Positions 1-10,469 of a stretch of DNA of 54,748 bases are shown here, one piece after another (the first letter of the stretch is position 1; each line of letters starts with the position of its first letter). Source of the stretch: Prorocentrum cordatum (lineage: Eukaryota); contig CAUYUJ010000217.1 in the NCBI GenBank assembly GCA_963575745.1, positions 62,001 to 116,748 on the forward strand, given 5' to 3'. Below the pieces are notes generated by a model that saw only the letters and a program-made list of their open reading frames with translations, did no database searches and had not been told where the DNA came from. A program made the translations under genes and the position numbers.

Positions 1-129
1 GGGAAAAGAACCCAAACCAAACCGTAGAGGGTTCAGCACGCCAGGCACCCGTGTGACAAGCACACAGGGGCGGTGGATCGAATGGCCTTCGGTCCATCCC
101 GCCACAGTGCATGGGTTGTGGGTCAGAGT

Positions 130-539
130 TCTCAGCGATGCTTCTTCGCGTCCCTGGAGCGCTCTTGGTGGCCTCTTGGGGGACGTTTGCAGGCCTCCTG
201 AGAGCCTCTTGGGGCCTCGTGGGGGCTCCTGGAGGTTTTCTCGGGGCCGAGAACTCGAAATGTTCGTTTGGGTTCCCCATCTGGGCCCCCTCTTGGGACC
301 GTATTTGGGCACTCTTGGGCCGTCTTGGGCGCCTCTTGGGCCGTCTTGGGGCCTTCTTGGGGGCCTCGTAGGCCGTCTTGGAGCGTGGGGAAACCGAACG
401 GCGCGAATGCTGGAATCCTTCACTAATCTGAGGGACTGAATTCTGTCTGCCTCTTGGGGACCGGCGCCTGGGAAACCGGGATCCGGGCTGCAGGAGCCTT
501 GGGGCACTCCACTACGTGCTGAGGACACGGTGGCGGATA
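130..539 (+). repeat. Dispersed repeat unit: degenerate array of TTGGG(G)CC(G)TC-type subunits, an AT-richer segment and a terminal hairpin-GGCGGAT motif
   Basis: Many copies of cttgggccgtcttgg-like words; ends in cacggtggcggata (526-539), identical to 1478-1491. Confidence 0.75.
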
Positions 540-555
540 AGGAAAATGGTTTGAG

Positions 556-559
556 GATG

Positions 560-628
<69 letters not shown>

Positions 629-727
629 GTTGTGGTAGTGGTGGTGGCGACAACGACGACGATAATGATGTCGAGGAGGAGGAGGAGGAGGAGGAGGAGG
701 AGGAGGAGGAGGAGGAGGAGGAGGAGG
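556..727. repeat. (GAT)n then (GAG)n microsatellites
   Basis: Directly visible; source of the poly-M/H/S/R ORFs. Confidence 0.97.
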
Positions 728-789
728 GGCGCGAAAAGCAAGGCCGTCACATGTGACACATTTCGCCTTCACTATTTGAGGAGCTCTCA

Positions 790-1491
790 TGGAACTCGTT
801 TGGGCCGTCTTGGGGCTGGCTTGGCCTCCTGTGAGGCAGACTTGGGGGTCCCTTGGGGCCTTCTTGGGACCCTCTTACGCCATCTTGAACCTCTCGTGAG
901 CTGCCTTCGGGCCGTCGTGGGGTCGTCGGAAGGCCTTCTAAGGCCTTCTTGGGTCCCACGGGAGGCCGTCATGGGGCCGTCTTGGATGCTTCTTGGGCCT
1001 TTGGGCCATCTTGGGACCCTCTTGCTGGCCTCTTGGGCCGACTTGGGGCCATCGTGGAGGCTTCTTGGGCCATCTTGAGTTCACGGAAGCCCAAAAGGGC
1101 GAGAATGCGAACATCTGTCAAAAACCTAGAGAGAATCCGCGATGTTGATCTTTGTCGACCCTGTTGCAGTTTCTCTTGTTGCTCTTTCGGGCCCTCTTGG
1201 AGGCTTCTTAGGTCGTCTTGAGGCAAGATTGGGCCGCCTTGGGGCCATCTTGAGCCGTCTTCTAGGCATCTTGGGCCGCCTGAGTGTCTTTGATTGCTTG
1301 CGTGGGCCGTCTTGGAAGCTCGGGACGCGGATCCATAGTTTTCAACGAGGGATCGTGGCCTCGGGGGCGCGGACCCGATGTTCTTGTTTGTGAAAGATCG
1401 TGGCCTCAGGAGGGGGGGCGCACGGAAACTTCACCAGACAACGCTTGGCACTCTTCCGCGCCTCTGCGTTCGCAAGGCACGGTGGCGGATA
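790..1491 (+). repeat. Second unit of the TTGGGGCCGTC repeat family with terminal hairpin motif
   Basis: Same subunits and a similar gcgagaatgc...aaaacctagagag segment as 130-539; ends in cacggtggcggata. Confidence 0.75.
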
Positions 1492-1628
1492 TACACACAG
1501 GTATGTGCGTATATAAATGTATATATATATATATATATATATCCCCACATTTCAATGTTTAAGCAAGAAGAATAGAGGAGGGACGCCGAACCGCAACGTT
1601 CGGCTCAAGCGAAAACCCACGCCTTTCC

Positions 1629-2027
1629 ATGGAACTCCTGGAACAAGGACTCTTCGAGATAATCCGAGGGGTGGGAATAGGCGCAGCTGTGCGCGCGGCA
1701 GGGCACGGGTGCCCAGACTGCGCCTGCCAGTGCCCGGCCTGCAGCTGCGCCTTCAGCTGCCCTGCGTGCCCCACCGTGCACTGCGGGCCGCACTACTCGT
1801 ACGGGTGGGTCGTGCTGCCCCTGTGCGCGGCCGTGGGCTTCGCACTCGCCCAGCTGCCCGACGCCTGGCAGGTAGGCCGCTCGGGGAGCTCGCCGAGTTG
1901 CCGTGCTGGGGCCGCATCGAGTGCGTGTGCGGCGATCAGGTCGCCCGAGGACGCCGCCCAGGGGCTGGATCTACAGCGCGAGGCTCAGGAACAGCTGCGG
2001 CACGTGAGAGCTCGTCACTTGCAGTGA
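1629..2027 (+). CDS. Small Cys-rich, putative single-pass membrane accessory protein of the DIRS-like element (132 aa)
   Basis: Intact ATG ORF; CPDCACQCPACSCAFSCPACP cluster, hydrophobic WVVLPLCAAVGFALAQL, helical C-terminus; stops 10 nt before the gag-like ATG. Confidence 0.65.
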   Translation: MELLEQGLFEIIRGVGIGAAVRAAGHGCPDCACQCPACSCAFSCPACPTVHCGPHYSYGWVVLPLCAAVGFALAQLPDAWQVGRSGSSPSCRAGAASSACAAIRSPEDAAQGLDLQREAQEQLRHVRARHLQ

Positions 2028-2037
2028 GATCGTGCCC

Positions 2038-3378
2038 ATGGCGGTGAATGGCCTAGAGATCGCAGGCCTCACAGAGGGGGACTTCTACCTGGTGCGGTTT
2101 CAGGTGCCGGGGCCGCCTCTCTGGCATGAACGGTTGTGCGTCTACCTGCCTCAGCGGGCCGGCGCGGTGTGTGCTTGCTATACGCCAGACGGGGACAGCT
2201 ACGAAGAGGACTTCGGGGATGGCCGCGACGCCGCAGAGTGGTGCTTCCTGCCAGGCGGAGCTCAAGGAGGAGCGGCGCCTGCTGGGGCGGGAGGTGCTGG
2301 TGCTCGCCTGTACCGCTTCCGCGCCATCCCGCTGGCCGCGGAGCTGGGCCAGGCGCGCGACCGAGCTGCTCAGCGGGCTGGCGCCGCCGCGCCGGGGCTG
2401 CCACTGGCGCCGAACACGGTCGGTCGTGCTGGCGCACCGCCCGCTGGGGTCGGCGTGCCAGGCGTGGCGCCCGCTGCCGCGGGCGCGGCCGCTGCGGCCG
2501 GAGGCGCCGCCGCTGCTGATGCTCCTGGGGCCCTCGCGCCCGTGCCCGCGGGTGCTGGCGTCGGAGGCGAGCTCGGGGCTCTCGCCGCGGTGCTGGGACC
2601 TGCTGGCGGCGCCGTGGCGCAGGGTGCTGGCCCTGGTGGCGCCCTGGTGGGGGCCGCCCCCGCGGTGCCGCTCGCTCCGGTCGCCCCCGCGGCGGGCGCC
2701 CTTGTGGCCGGCCTGGCGCCTGGCCCTGTGGCACCGCCTGCGCCGCCGCCAGCTGGAGGTGGAGCTGGCATGGTCTCCGACCTGAGGGTGCACCCCATCG
2801 TGGTGGACACCATGGCGAGGCGCCATCGCCCCTTCGCGGAGGCGCTGCCCATGCTGACGGAGACGCCCTGGGCCGACTGGCCGGTCAGAGGCCCTCGGAC
2901 TTCGAAGTGGGTCTGCCTCTTTCTCGCAGGCAACGGCGGCAGTCCCATCGCGCGCCATCATCGGTGGAAGACCGATTGCAGGCTGACAAACGAGGGCGGT
3001 GTTGAGGAGCACCTGCGAATCTGCACCGCCCTCGAGAATGCCGTTTGCTTCGACCAGCTGAATGTGGCCGAGATGGCCAGCTTCGAACTCCTCGGCAGGA
3101 GCCTGCAGATCATCGAGGAAAAGTATCGTGAGAGGACGGCAGGCGCTGCGGACCCCGTGCGCATGGATCAGCACCTGTACCTTGGGACTGAGCTGGTGCG
3201 GGGCAACTGCTGCGCGTGCCCGGCTCTGCAGGCATGGGTCAGCCAGGGACTGGCTCAGGAGCACGCGATCCTGAAGGAGAGGAGAAAGGCCCGTGAAGAA
3301 CGCGCCGCTGCCCAGACTGCCACGAAGGCCAAAGCAAAGGCCAAGGGCGGCAGAGACGGCGGCGGCGATGATGGTTAG
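2038..3378 (+). CDS. gag-like ORF1 of the DIRS-like element (~446 aa, uninterrupted)
   Basis: Position before pol; Ala/Gly/Pro linker; block WPVRGPRTSKWV...FDQLNVAEMASFELLGR...LKERRKAREER, which I recognise from dinoflagellate YR-retroelement ORF1s; stop overlaps the pol start. Confidence 0.75.
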   Translation: MAVNGLEIAGLTEGDFYLVRFQVPGPPLWHERLCVYLPQRAGAVCACYTPDGDSYEEDFGDGRDAAEWCFLPGGAQGGAAPAGAGGAGARLYRFRAIPLAAELGQARDRAAQRAGAAAPGLPLAPNTVGRAGAPPAGVGVPGVAPAAAGAAAAAGGAAAADAPGALAPVPAGAGVGGELGALAAVLGPAGGAVAQGAGPGGALVGAAPAVPLAPVAPAAGALVAGLAPGPVAPPAPPPAGGGAGMVSDLRVHPIVVDTMARRHRPFAEALPMLTETPWADWPVRGPRTSKWVCLFLAGNGGSPIARHHRWKTDCRLTNEGGVEEHLRICTALENAVCFDQLNVAEMASFELLGRSLQIIEEKYRERTAGAADPVRMDQHLYLGTELVRGNCCACPALQAWVSQGLAQEHAILKERRKAREERAAAQTATKAKAKAKGGRDGGGDDG

Positions 3379-5704
3379 GCAGGCTGCCGGCGGCGAGGAC
3401 AGGGCCACCCCCGCCGGCCTTTTCAGGCCCCCGCCCGGGCTTCGCCACCCCGGCGCTGCTTTTGCTGGCGATGCATGCGACTCCTCTTCGGCTGGGCCGC
3501 TCCCTGATCCTCGGCAACGTGACCTGTTCCCGCTGCCGCCGCCGACGCTCCGCTGCGGTGCTGGAGGGCCCGGGCCCGGGTGCAGCCGCGTTCTTGGCAG
3601 GCGACGCCAGAGGAGCTCCAAGACGATCGATTGGGCGAACAGCTGCATCGACTCCCTCAACTCTGACTATGGGTTTTCGAAGTCGGAGCAGCCGCCATCA
3701 GCTGGCAATGCTGGTCAGCGCGCGGCGCTGGCCCACATCGAGTCGCAGTTCTTGCAATTGGGTGGGCCCCCTGCGGACTCACCCGGAGGCGCGGGGGCCC
3801 TCGCCGAGCTCTGCGCCGCGGGCGGCCCGTACCACTCGGAGCCTTCCAGCACTCGCCCCTGCGCCAAGGGAAACGTCTCCCTGCCCGATGGCGCTGGCAA
3901 GCCCGTGCCGTTGCTGGACTTGCTCGCCGAGGGCGACCGCAAGTGGCTGGGGCCTTCCTGTGGCGATTTGCTCAGACCGGAGAGTGAGGCCCTCTCGCTT
4001 GTGGCGGAGGCCTGCCCGCGCGGCCCCTACACGGATAGGGCACTGACGGGCAGGCCTTTCTGTCACGCTGACTTTTTAAAGGACCTCGCTCAGAGGAACA
4101 TGATTTCTTTCCAGCGCTCTTGCACAGCTCGCGCCAGGTGGGCATCTTCTTCGTAGCTGAGAAGTCAGGGGCTTTGCATTTGATCTTCGATACCAGGCAG
4201 GTAAACTTTTTTTTTTTGTCCTCGGGGCCCTTTTTCCACGAGACTCCCCACCTCTTCAGCCCTCAGTTCCGTCGAGCCGGGTTCCGAGGGCATGTGCGTC
4301 TCTGGCGGGGACATCGACAACTGCTTCTACCGCATTGGCCTACCCAGCGAGCTGTGTGAGTACTTTCCGTTGCCTGACATCGCGGCGGGGTATCTTGGGC
4401 TGGCCACGTGCGAGGGGCGCGCGGTGAGCCCCAGAGACCCGCTCGCGCCGGTACTCACGGTGCTTCCCATGGGATGGCCGTGGGCTATGCATCTCGTTCA
4501 GACTGTGCTCGTCAACAGCTTGGTGGTGTCTGGGTTCCCTCAGCCTCAGATGATCCTCGGCGGGGAGCCCGGTAAGGAGCTGGAGGATGAGGAGTCGTGC
4601 GTCGTCGCGGGGTACGTCGACAACTTTTTCGTGTTCAGCCGCTCGGCTTCGAGGGCCAAGGCGGGCCGTGACGCCATCGCTAAGCACCTCACAACTTTGG
4701 GGCTCCTGATCCACGAGATGTCGGACGCGTCCAAGGACGCCGAGTTCTTGGGGGTCGAGCTCGTGGGCGGTCGGAGGCTCTCGATTCGGCGTCATAACGC
4801 ATGGCGACTCAGACGGGCTCTGGATATCGTCTTTCGGAAACGGGTGGCTAGTGGAAAGTTGGTGGAGATCCTCCTGGGGCACCTTACGTGGGCCGGTCTC
4901 GTTCGTCGCGAGTGTCTTGCTCTGTTCTCAGATGTGCACGCTTTCCAGCACAGTGCAGGCCCCAGGCCGACGCGACTTTGGCCTGGGGTGTTGCGCGAGC
5001 TGAGCTGGATCAGAGGTATGCTGCCGCTCCTTGCTGCCGACCTGTCGGCGCCGTGGAGCCCGCAAGTTCTGGCATCGGACGCCTCCGAGCATGGGCTCGG
5101 CATCTGTTCGCGCCTGCTGGATCCGGACACCGTGGGGTCGACTGGGCGTTGTTCGGAAAGGGGGCGCTTCAAGGTGGAGGGCTATGCACGTGCTAGACAC
5201 TCTGCCCTTCACGGACCTCCTCCTCCTGTGGGTGATATTTCGACTCCTACATTGATGACCAGTAACATTGACGATTTTGAGATCTCCGTGAACCCTGAGG
5301 CTATCCACCCGGACCTGCCCCCCAAGGCCTCCGTGGACCCCATGTAAATCCTACAGTGGGCTAGGGCTTTCAACGAGGCCCCCGAGTGGATCTTCAAGGC
5401 GGAGTCTTGGTCTACCATCTTGGCTGCTAGGGTCTTGGGCGAAGCTAGCATCTTTTGTCTGGAAGGCGACGCTTTGCTGCTTGCTGTGAAACACCTGCTC
5501 CGAAGCTGTAGCAACTTTGGCACCCGCTGTCTCGCGTTTGTGGACAATCTTCCTTCGGCCCTCGCCATGGCAAAGGGCAGAGCGAATGCCGTCCATCTCC
5601 AACGCGTACTTCGTAAGCTTTGTTGTCTCAGTCTTTGTTCGGGTACCAGATTTGTCAGCAGGTGGATCCCTTCAGAATGGAACGTCGCTGATGTCCCGTC
5701 CCGT
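3371..5704 (+). pseudogene. Reverse transcriptase + RNase H (DIRS-type pol), disrupted
   Basis: VGIFFVAEKSGALHLIFDTR, GDIDNCFY, VLPMGWPWA, YVDN (4613-4624); RNase H ASDAS (D at 5078), LEGDA, FVDN, WIPSEWNVADVPSR; frameshifts near 4120 and 4210-4290 and an in-frame TAA at 5345-5347. Confidence 0.92.
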
Positions 5705-5909
5705 GGCCATGCGGGCTGGTTCTCAGGCGGCCACGCGCCCTCTGTGCCCCGCTTCTCGCGAGAGGCGCATGGGCAGGGCCCTGCGGCGGCCGAGCGCGGC
5801 CCCTCTGCCCCAGGCTCGCCCGCCGCGCTGCCGAGCGCCCGCGGCGCTCGCGGTGGAGAGGAGCCGCGCGGCTCGCGAGGCGGTCGCGGCGCAGCCGAGC
5901 CTCGGCGGG

Positions 5910-6440
5910 CTGGGCGCGCTGGAGCGGCTTGCGATCCGGCCTTCCACGGAAGGCCTGTACGCCTCGGTGCTGAAGCGCTTCGTGGACTTCGGCCAGCAGG
6001 AGGGCCTCTCGTGGACGGACACCGGCTCCCTGGACGCGGCGCTGGAGACCTTCCCCCCCCACCTGTTCCTGCTGGGCTTGGGGCCGAACGTGGGCCCGCA
6101 GACCCTGTCGGCACTGGGTCACTGGCTCGAGGTCTGGGACGAGCCGGCGCCGCTGGACATGGACCCCTGGACCCTGAGGCCGCTGGTTGCCCTGAAGGGC
6201 TCGCTCGCCCCCGACGCGCGGCTTTGCGACCTGTGCCCGGCGGACCTCAAGGCGCGCTTCGAGAGCGCCGTGCTGCAGCTCGGCCCAGCCCCTTTGCGGC
6301 CGAGCCTGCACCAGCTGCGGCGCGGCGGCGCCTCCGAGGACCACTGACCGCCGCGCAAAGGCGAGGCCGTTGGCGGAGCGAGACCTCGCTCCGCAGGCAC
6401 AGCAAGGAGGCAAAGCTGCTAGCTACCCCCAACCTCGTGA
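5910..6440 (+). pseudogene. Tyrosine recombinase, internally deleted and catalytically dead
   Basis: N-terminal LERLAIRPSTEGLY...LDAAL; box II HQLRRGGAS (from 6309); after a frameshift RRGRWRSETSLRRHSK, with His (CAC 6398-6400) at the expected catalytic Tyr; no box I Arg motif visible. Confidence 0.82.
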
Positions 6441-6639
6441 GCCCCGAGGTGGTGCCCCTCGGCCAGCCGGTGGCGGGCGACCTCGAGGCTGCCTTGCTGC
6501 ACGGTCTGGCCGACCCCAGGAGTCGCATCATGCGAGGGCCCGCCGTGGACGCCCTGCTCCTCAAGGGTGCGCCAGCGCCGCTCGCGAAGTGCTACACCGC
6601 GCGGGCAGGCGGGCAGCCTCTGGTGAGGCGGCCGCGCCG

Positions 6640-7482
6640 TTGACCGCCTCCGACGGCGACGTCACTCGGCACCTGCACCGCCGCCTTGCTGCCGAGATCC
6701 AGCGGCCAGGCCGGCAAAAGCGCATCCTGCTGCGTCACCGCTGCTTCCTAGAGCTCTTCGGTGGGTCAGGCCCCCTGGCCCAGGCTTTCAGGCGGCGAGG
6801 CGGCGCCGCCCTTTCCCTGGACTGGGCTCACGGTGCCGTAGAGGAGCATTTGCGGCCAGCCTTCCTCGAAGTCGTCAAAGGCTGGATTACCTCAAATGCG
6901 CTGTATGGTGTGTTCTTGGGGACGCCTTGCACGTCCTGGTCTCGCGCCGCTCGGATTGGTCTTCGTACCTCTCGTGAGCCCATGGGTGCGCCTGACCTGT
7001 CAGAGCGCCACCAGCGCATGGTTGACATCGGCAACGCGTCCCTGACCTTCACAGTTGCCATCATTCACCTTTGTCGTAAGCATGGCGTTCCTGTTGGCTT
7101 GGAGAATCCTCGCTCCTCAATCCTGTGGCTCGCGCCGCCCCTTGCCTCTCTCCTCAATGCCGAGGACTGCCGGATCCACCATTTCGACCAATGCGCTTTT
7201 GGTTCCTCTTGGAAGAAGGCTACTACCGTGGCGCTGTGGAGCGCTGGTCTCTGTGACGATCTTTGTCGGGCTTGCGGTGGCCGCCGAGGAATTTGCGGGC
7301 GCACTAAGCGCCCGCATGTGATCCTTGTAGGTCGAGATCCCGGGGCCCCTGCAAAACGTACGGCCCTCGCGGCCGCGTACCCCAAGAAGATGGCTGCTGT
7401 TGTGGCCCAGCACCTACTTGTGGTTGCCCAGAACCTGGAGTCCTCCAAGTCGTTCGGAAAGGCGTGGGAGTTGGCGGCCTGA
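6640..7482 (+). CDS. Divergent C5-cytosine DNA methyltransferase-like domain, uninterrupted, probably once fused to the YR reading frame
   Basis: Motif I ELFGGSG (6751-6771), SLD (II), GTPCTSWS (catalytic PC 6925-6930), LENP (VI, 7102), DQCAFG..KKAT (VIII-like), AAAYP (X-like); no in-frame ATG at the domain start. Confidence 0.8.
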   Translation: MTASDGDVTRHLHRRLAAEIQRPGRQKRILLRHRCFLELFGGSGPLAQAFRRRGGAALSLDWAHGAVEEHLRPAFLEVVKGWITSNALYGVFLGTPCTSWSRAARIGLRTSREPMGAPDLSERHQRMVDIGNASLTFTVAIIHLCRKHGVPVGLENPRSSILWLAPPLASLLNAEDCRIHHFDQCAFGSSWKKATTVALWSAGLCDDLCRACGGRRGICGRTKRPHVILVGRDPGAPAKRTALAAAYPKKMAAVVAQHLLVVAQNLESSKSFGKAWELAA

Positions 7483-7717
7483 CGGCCATTTCACCACTCG
7501 AGAGATTGGGGACGGGTTCGGCGTCCAGATCGCCAGCCTGCTGGCCTCTTCTCTTGCCGGTGGTCGAACAGCGTCGACTTCGCCATCGCCGCAGCGTCTC
7601 TCTAAAAAGGTTGGGGCCCGAAGTGAACCTCGCACCATAGCCTGTAATCCTTGGGGTGTCTCGTTGGGTCCCGAGCTTTCTCAGTCTCCAGCCTGGCGTC
7701 GAGGAGCGTTTCTGGTG

Positions 7718-7718
<1 letters not shown>

Positions 7719-7763
<45 letters not shown>

Positions 7764-7791
7764 GGTTGTATATGTATGTACACACATACAT

Positions 7792-7842
<51 letters not shown>

Positions 7843-7850
7843 CTATATAC
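7719..7850. repeat. (TA)n microsatellite, right flank of the DIRS-like element
   Basis: Directly visible. Confidence 0.97.
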
Positions 7851-7889
7851 ACATAACGGCGCAACGGGCTCGGGGGCCGAGGGCCGTGC

Positions 7890-8760
7890 CCGCCCCTGGG
7901 AGGCTTCGAGCTTCAACGGTCCAAGAGCGCCGAAGAGGCTCCCAAAACCGCCCCAAGACCACCCAAGAGACCCTCAGGACGGCCCCAAGACGGGCCAAGG
8001 AGGCCCCAAGACTGCCGACGAGGCGCCCAGGACAGCCCCAGACCACCCCAGAACAGGCCCAAGATGGGCCCAAGAGCGGGAGCAGGAGGCTTCCAGAGAC
8101 CTCCGAGAGGCCTCAGGGACCCCCCAGAGGCCCCCAACACACCCCCGATCCCTGAGAGGCACCAAAAAGACCCCGACGAGGCTCCAAGAACAGCCCAAGA
8201 GAGCTGCGAGAGCCGCCCCGGGAGAGCCCAAATAGGGTGAAATCGTTGATTTCCATTGGTTTTTCTTGTGTTTTTCGCCTTCTCACGTTTTCCCGCTTCC
8301 AACCCTCGAAGATCGATGATTTTGAAGAGAAAAAAGGGAATTCCCAGAATTCCTTTTTTTTTCAAAGTGGGACTCCTACTCGGGGGTCCTACACATCCCT
8401 GGACATCTGGCCGCTACCGCGCCTCCCGGCTTCCCAGAGGAGACCCCAAGACGCCGAATGACAGCCCATGACGACCCCAAGGAGCCCCCAGAACGTAAAG
8501 AACGGCCCAACACGCTCCCGCGCAGCCCGAGACAGCTTTCCGACGGCTCACCAGGCGTCCAGGAGGGTTCCAGAAGGCCCCAAGAGAGGTCCGAGAGGCG
8601 TCCGGGGAAAGCCCGAAGAGGTCAAAATCGTCGATGTTGATTGTTTTTGTTCTATGTTTTTGGCCTTCTTGCGTTTTCGAGCTTCCAGCCATCCAAGACC
8701 GCCCAAAAGACTCCCAGGACGGTTCCAAGACGGGCCAAGAAACCCCCAAAATTGCCGAAG
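7890..8760 (-). repeat. TTGGGGCCGTC repeat family in reverse orientation (CCAAGACGGCCCCAAG arrays)
   Basis: Reverse complement of the subunits at 130-1320; further copies near 42930-43450 and 44860-45030. Confidence 0.75.
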
Positions 8761-9120
8761 AGGCGCCCGATACGGAGAGAGGGAGGGAGGGAGGAGAAGC
8801 AGGAGGAGGAGGAGGAGCAGCAGCAGCAGCAGGAGGAGGAGGAGGAGCAGCACGAGGAGGAGGAGGAGGAGGAGGAGGAGGAGGAGGAGGAGCATTTGGA
8901 GCACTTGCGCGGCACAGCGTGCGGGGACAAACGGAGGGAAGGAGGAGGGTGAGGCATCAGGCAGCTGACGCATGCAAACCACTGCTGCCCGACGCCTGTG
9001 GCGGAGGAGGAGGAGAAGGAGGAGGAGGAGGAAAACGGAGATGGATGACGTGGAGGAGATTGGAGGAGATTGGAGGGAGGAGGAGGAGGAGAAGAAGAAG
9101 GAGGAGGAGAAGGAGGAGGA

Positions 9121-10012
9121 GGACCAGTGTAAACCCAAGCGTCATCAACGATGTTGGAGTAAACCTTCCATCCAAGCTCCCTCTTCACAGGCCCCTCAAC
9201 GGTTTATTTCCATTGATGGAATTGCCTCGTCGGAAGACACCCGTTTGAAGACATTGAAGCATGCCAAAACATTGATCTCGGGATTCCAACGCCACGGATC
9301 AACCTGACTGTTGCGTATTGGCGATCTTGAATCGTGCCAGAACGCCATTTCTAGGGCATCAACACAGAGAATCAAGGTAATTTCTGCACCCGCATAATCC
9401 TGAATCCTTCCAAAACACCAGTTCTGGTACGTTGATGATGGGAATTCGTGAACCCTTGCATTTTTTTGAACGAGTGTACGCCGCGCTGAGGCGAGAGCCA
9501 CATTTTGAAAACGACCCGCCCTCAATCTGTGGAATCTTGCAATTTCTGTTTAACGAATGCGCGCGGCGTTAAGGCGAGAGCCACACATAAAAAACCATTC
9601 GCCCTCCAACCGCGAAGCTCTTGCAATGTGTTAAAACGAATGTGCGCGGCGCCAAGGCGAAACCGCATGTTGAAAACCACTCGCCGCCACTCCGTGAAAT
9701 TGTACAATTTGTTCAAACGAATGTGCGCGGCGTTAAGGCGAGAGTCACCTTTTGAAAACGACCCGCCCTCAATCCGTGAAACTCGAGGCGAGAGTCACAT
9801 TTTGGAAAACTACCCTCCTTCAGTCCGAGAAACTCTTGTAATTTGTTTAAAGCGAATGCGCAGGGCGCTAAGGCAAGAGCCACATTTTGAAAACGGGCCG
9901 CCCTCCTCTGCGAAGCTGTTGCCAACGCTTGAGCTTCGGAGGTCATAACTGGTGAGGAAGTCTCAGGCGAAACACCCGGCCCACCCTAAAAGCTGGCCTC
10001 GGGGTGCGACAG
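9121..10012 (-). repeat. Dispersed repeat, left arm of an inverted pair; contains ~80-bp tandem subunits (gaatgtgcgcggcgttaaggcgagagccacattttgaaaac)
   Basis: Reverse complement aligns with 16319-17011, e.g. tctcaggcgaaac...ctggcctcggggtgcgaca; shared conceptual translation DQCKxKxHQRCWxKP. Confidence 0.85.
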
Positions 10013-10469
10013 GGAGAATTTATGTGTAAGGAACAGGATTGGAGGACGAGGACGAGGACGAGGAGGAGGAGGAGGAGGAGGAGGAGGAGGAGGAGGACGA
10101 GTGGGAGGAGGAGGATGCAGGAGGAGCATGGAGGAGCAGCGGCGGCGGCAGAAGAAGCGGGGGGGCGGGCGGGCGAGGGACCAGCCTGACCGCCGCCATT
10201 GGGCGCTGCCGCCACGGCCCTCCGCCGCGGCAGCCAGGAAGCGGCAGCGCCCGATCGCCACCCCCCCGCGAGCCCCCGAAAGGCGCCAAGGCGTGCCCGC
10301 CGCGCCCCGTTCCGGCGCGCCGTTCCCCCTCCCCCCCCCTTCCTCCAGCCCTCCTCCTTGTCCTCTGTTTCCTCCTCCCTCTCCTCCCCTTGCTCCTCCA
10401 GCTGTCCTCCGTCTCCTCCTCCTCCTCCTCTTCCTCCTCCTCCTCCTCCTCCTCCACTTCCTCCTCAGC

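Larger units (their letters stand above)
1543..7718 (+). mobile_element. Tyrosine-recombinase (DIRS-like) retrotransposon carrying a C5-DNA methyltransferase domain; decayed copy
   Basis: Ordered small ORF, gag-like ORF, RT (YVDN), RNase H, YR (HxLR..GRW) and MTase; sharply bounded by (TA)n at 1520-1542 and from 7719. Confidence 0.88.

Noticed and set aside
2053..3660. 535-aa minus-strand ORF and other antisense ORFs over the retroelements
   Set aside because: GC-rich shadow frames of the plus-strand gag/pol genes with no motifs.
6370..6640. N-terminal 90 aa of the 370-aa ORF as part of the MTase
   Set aside because: It starts at a non-ATG codon and overlaps the YR C-terminus, which is read in another frame.
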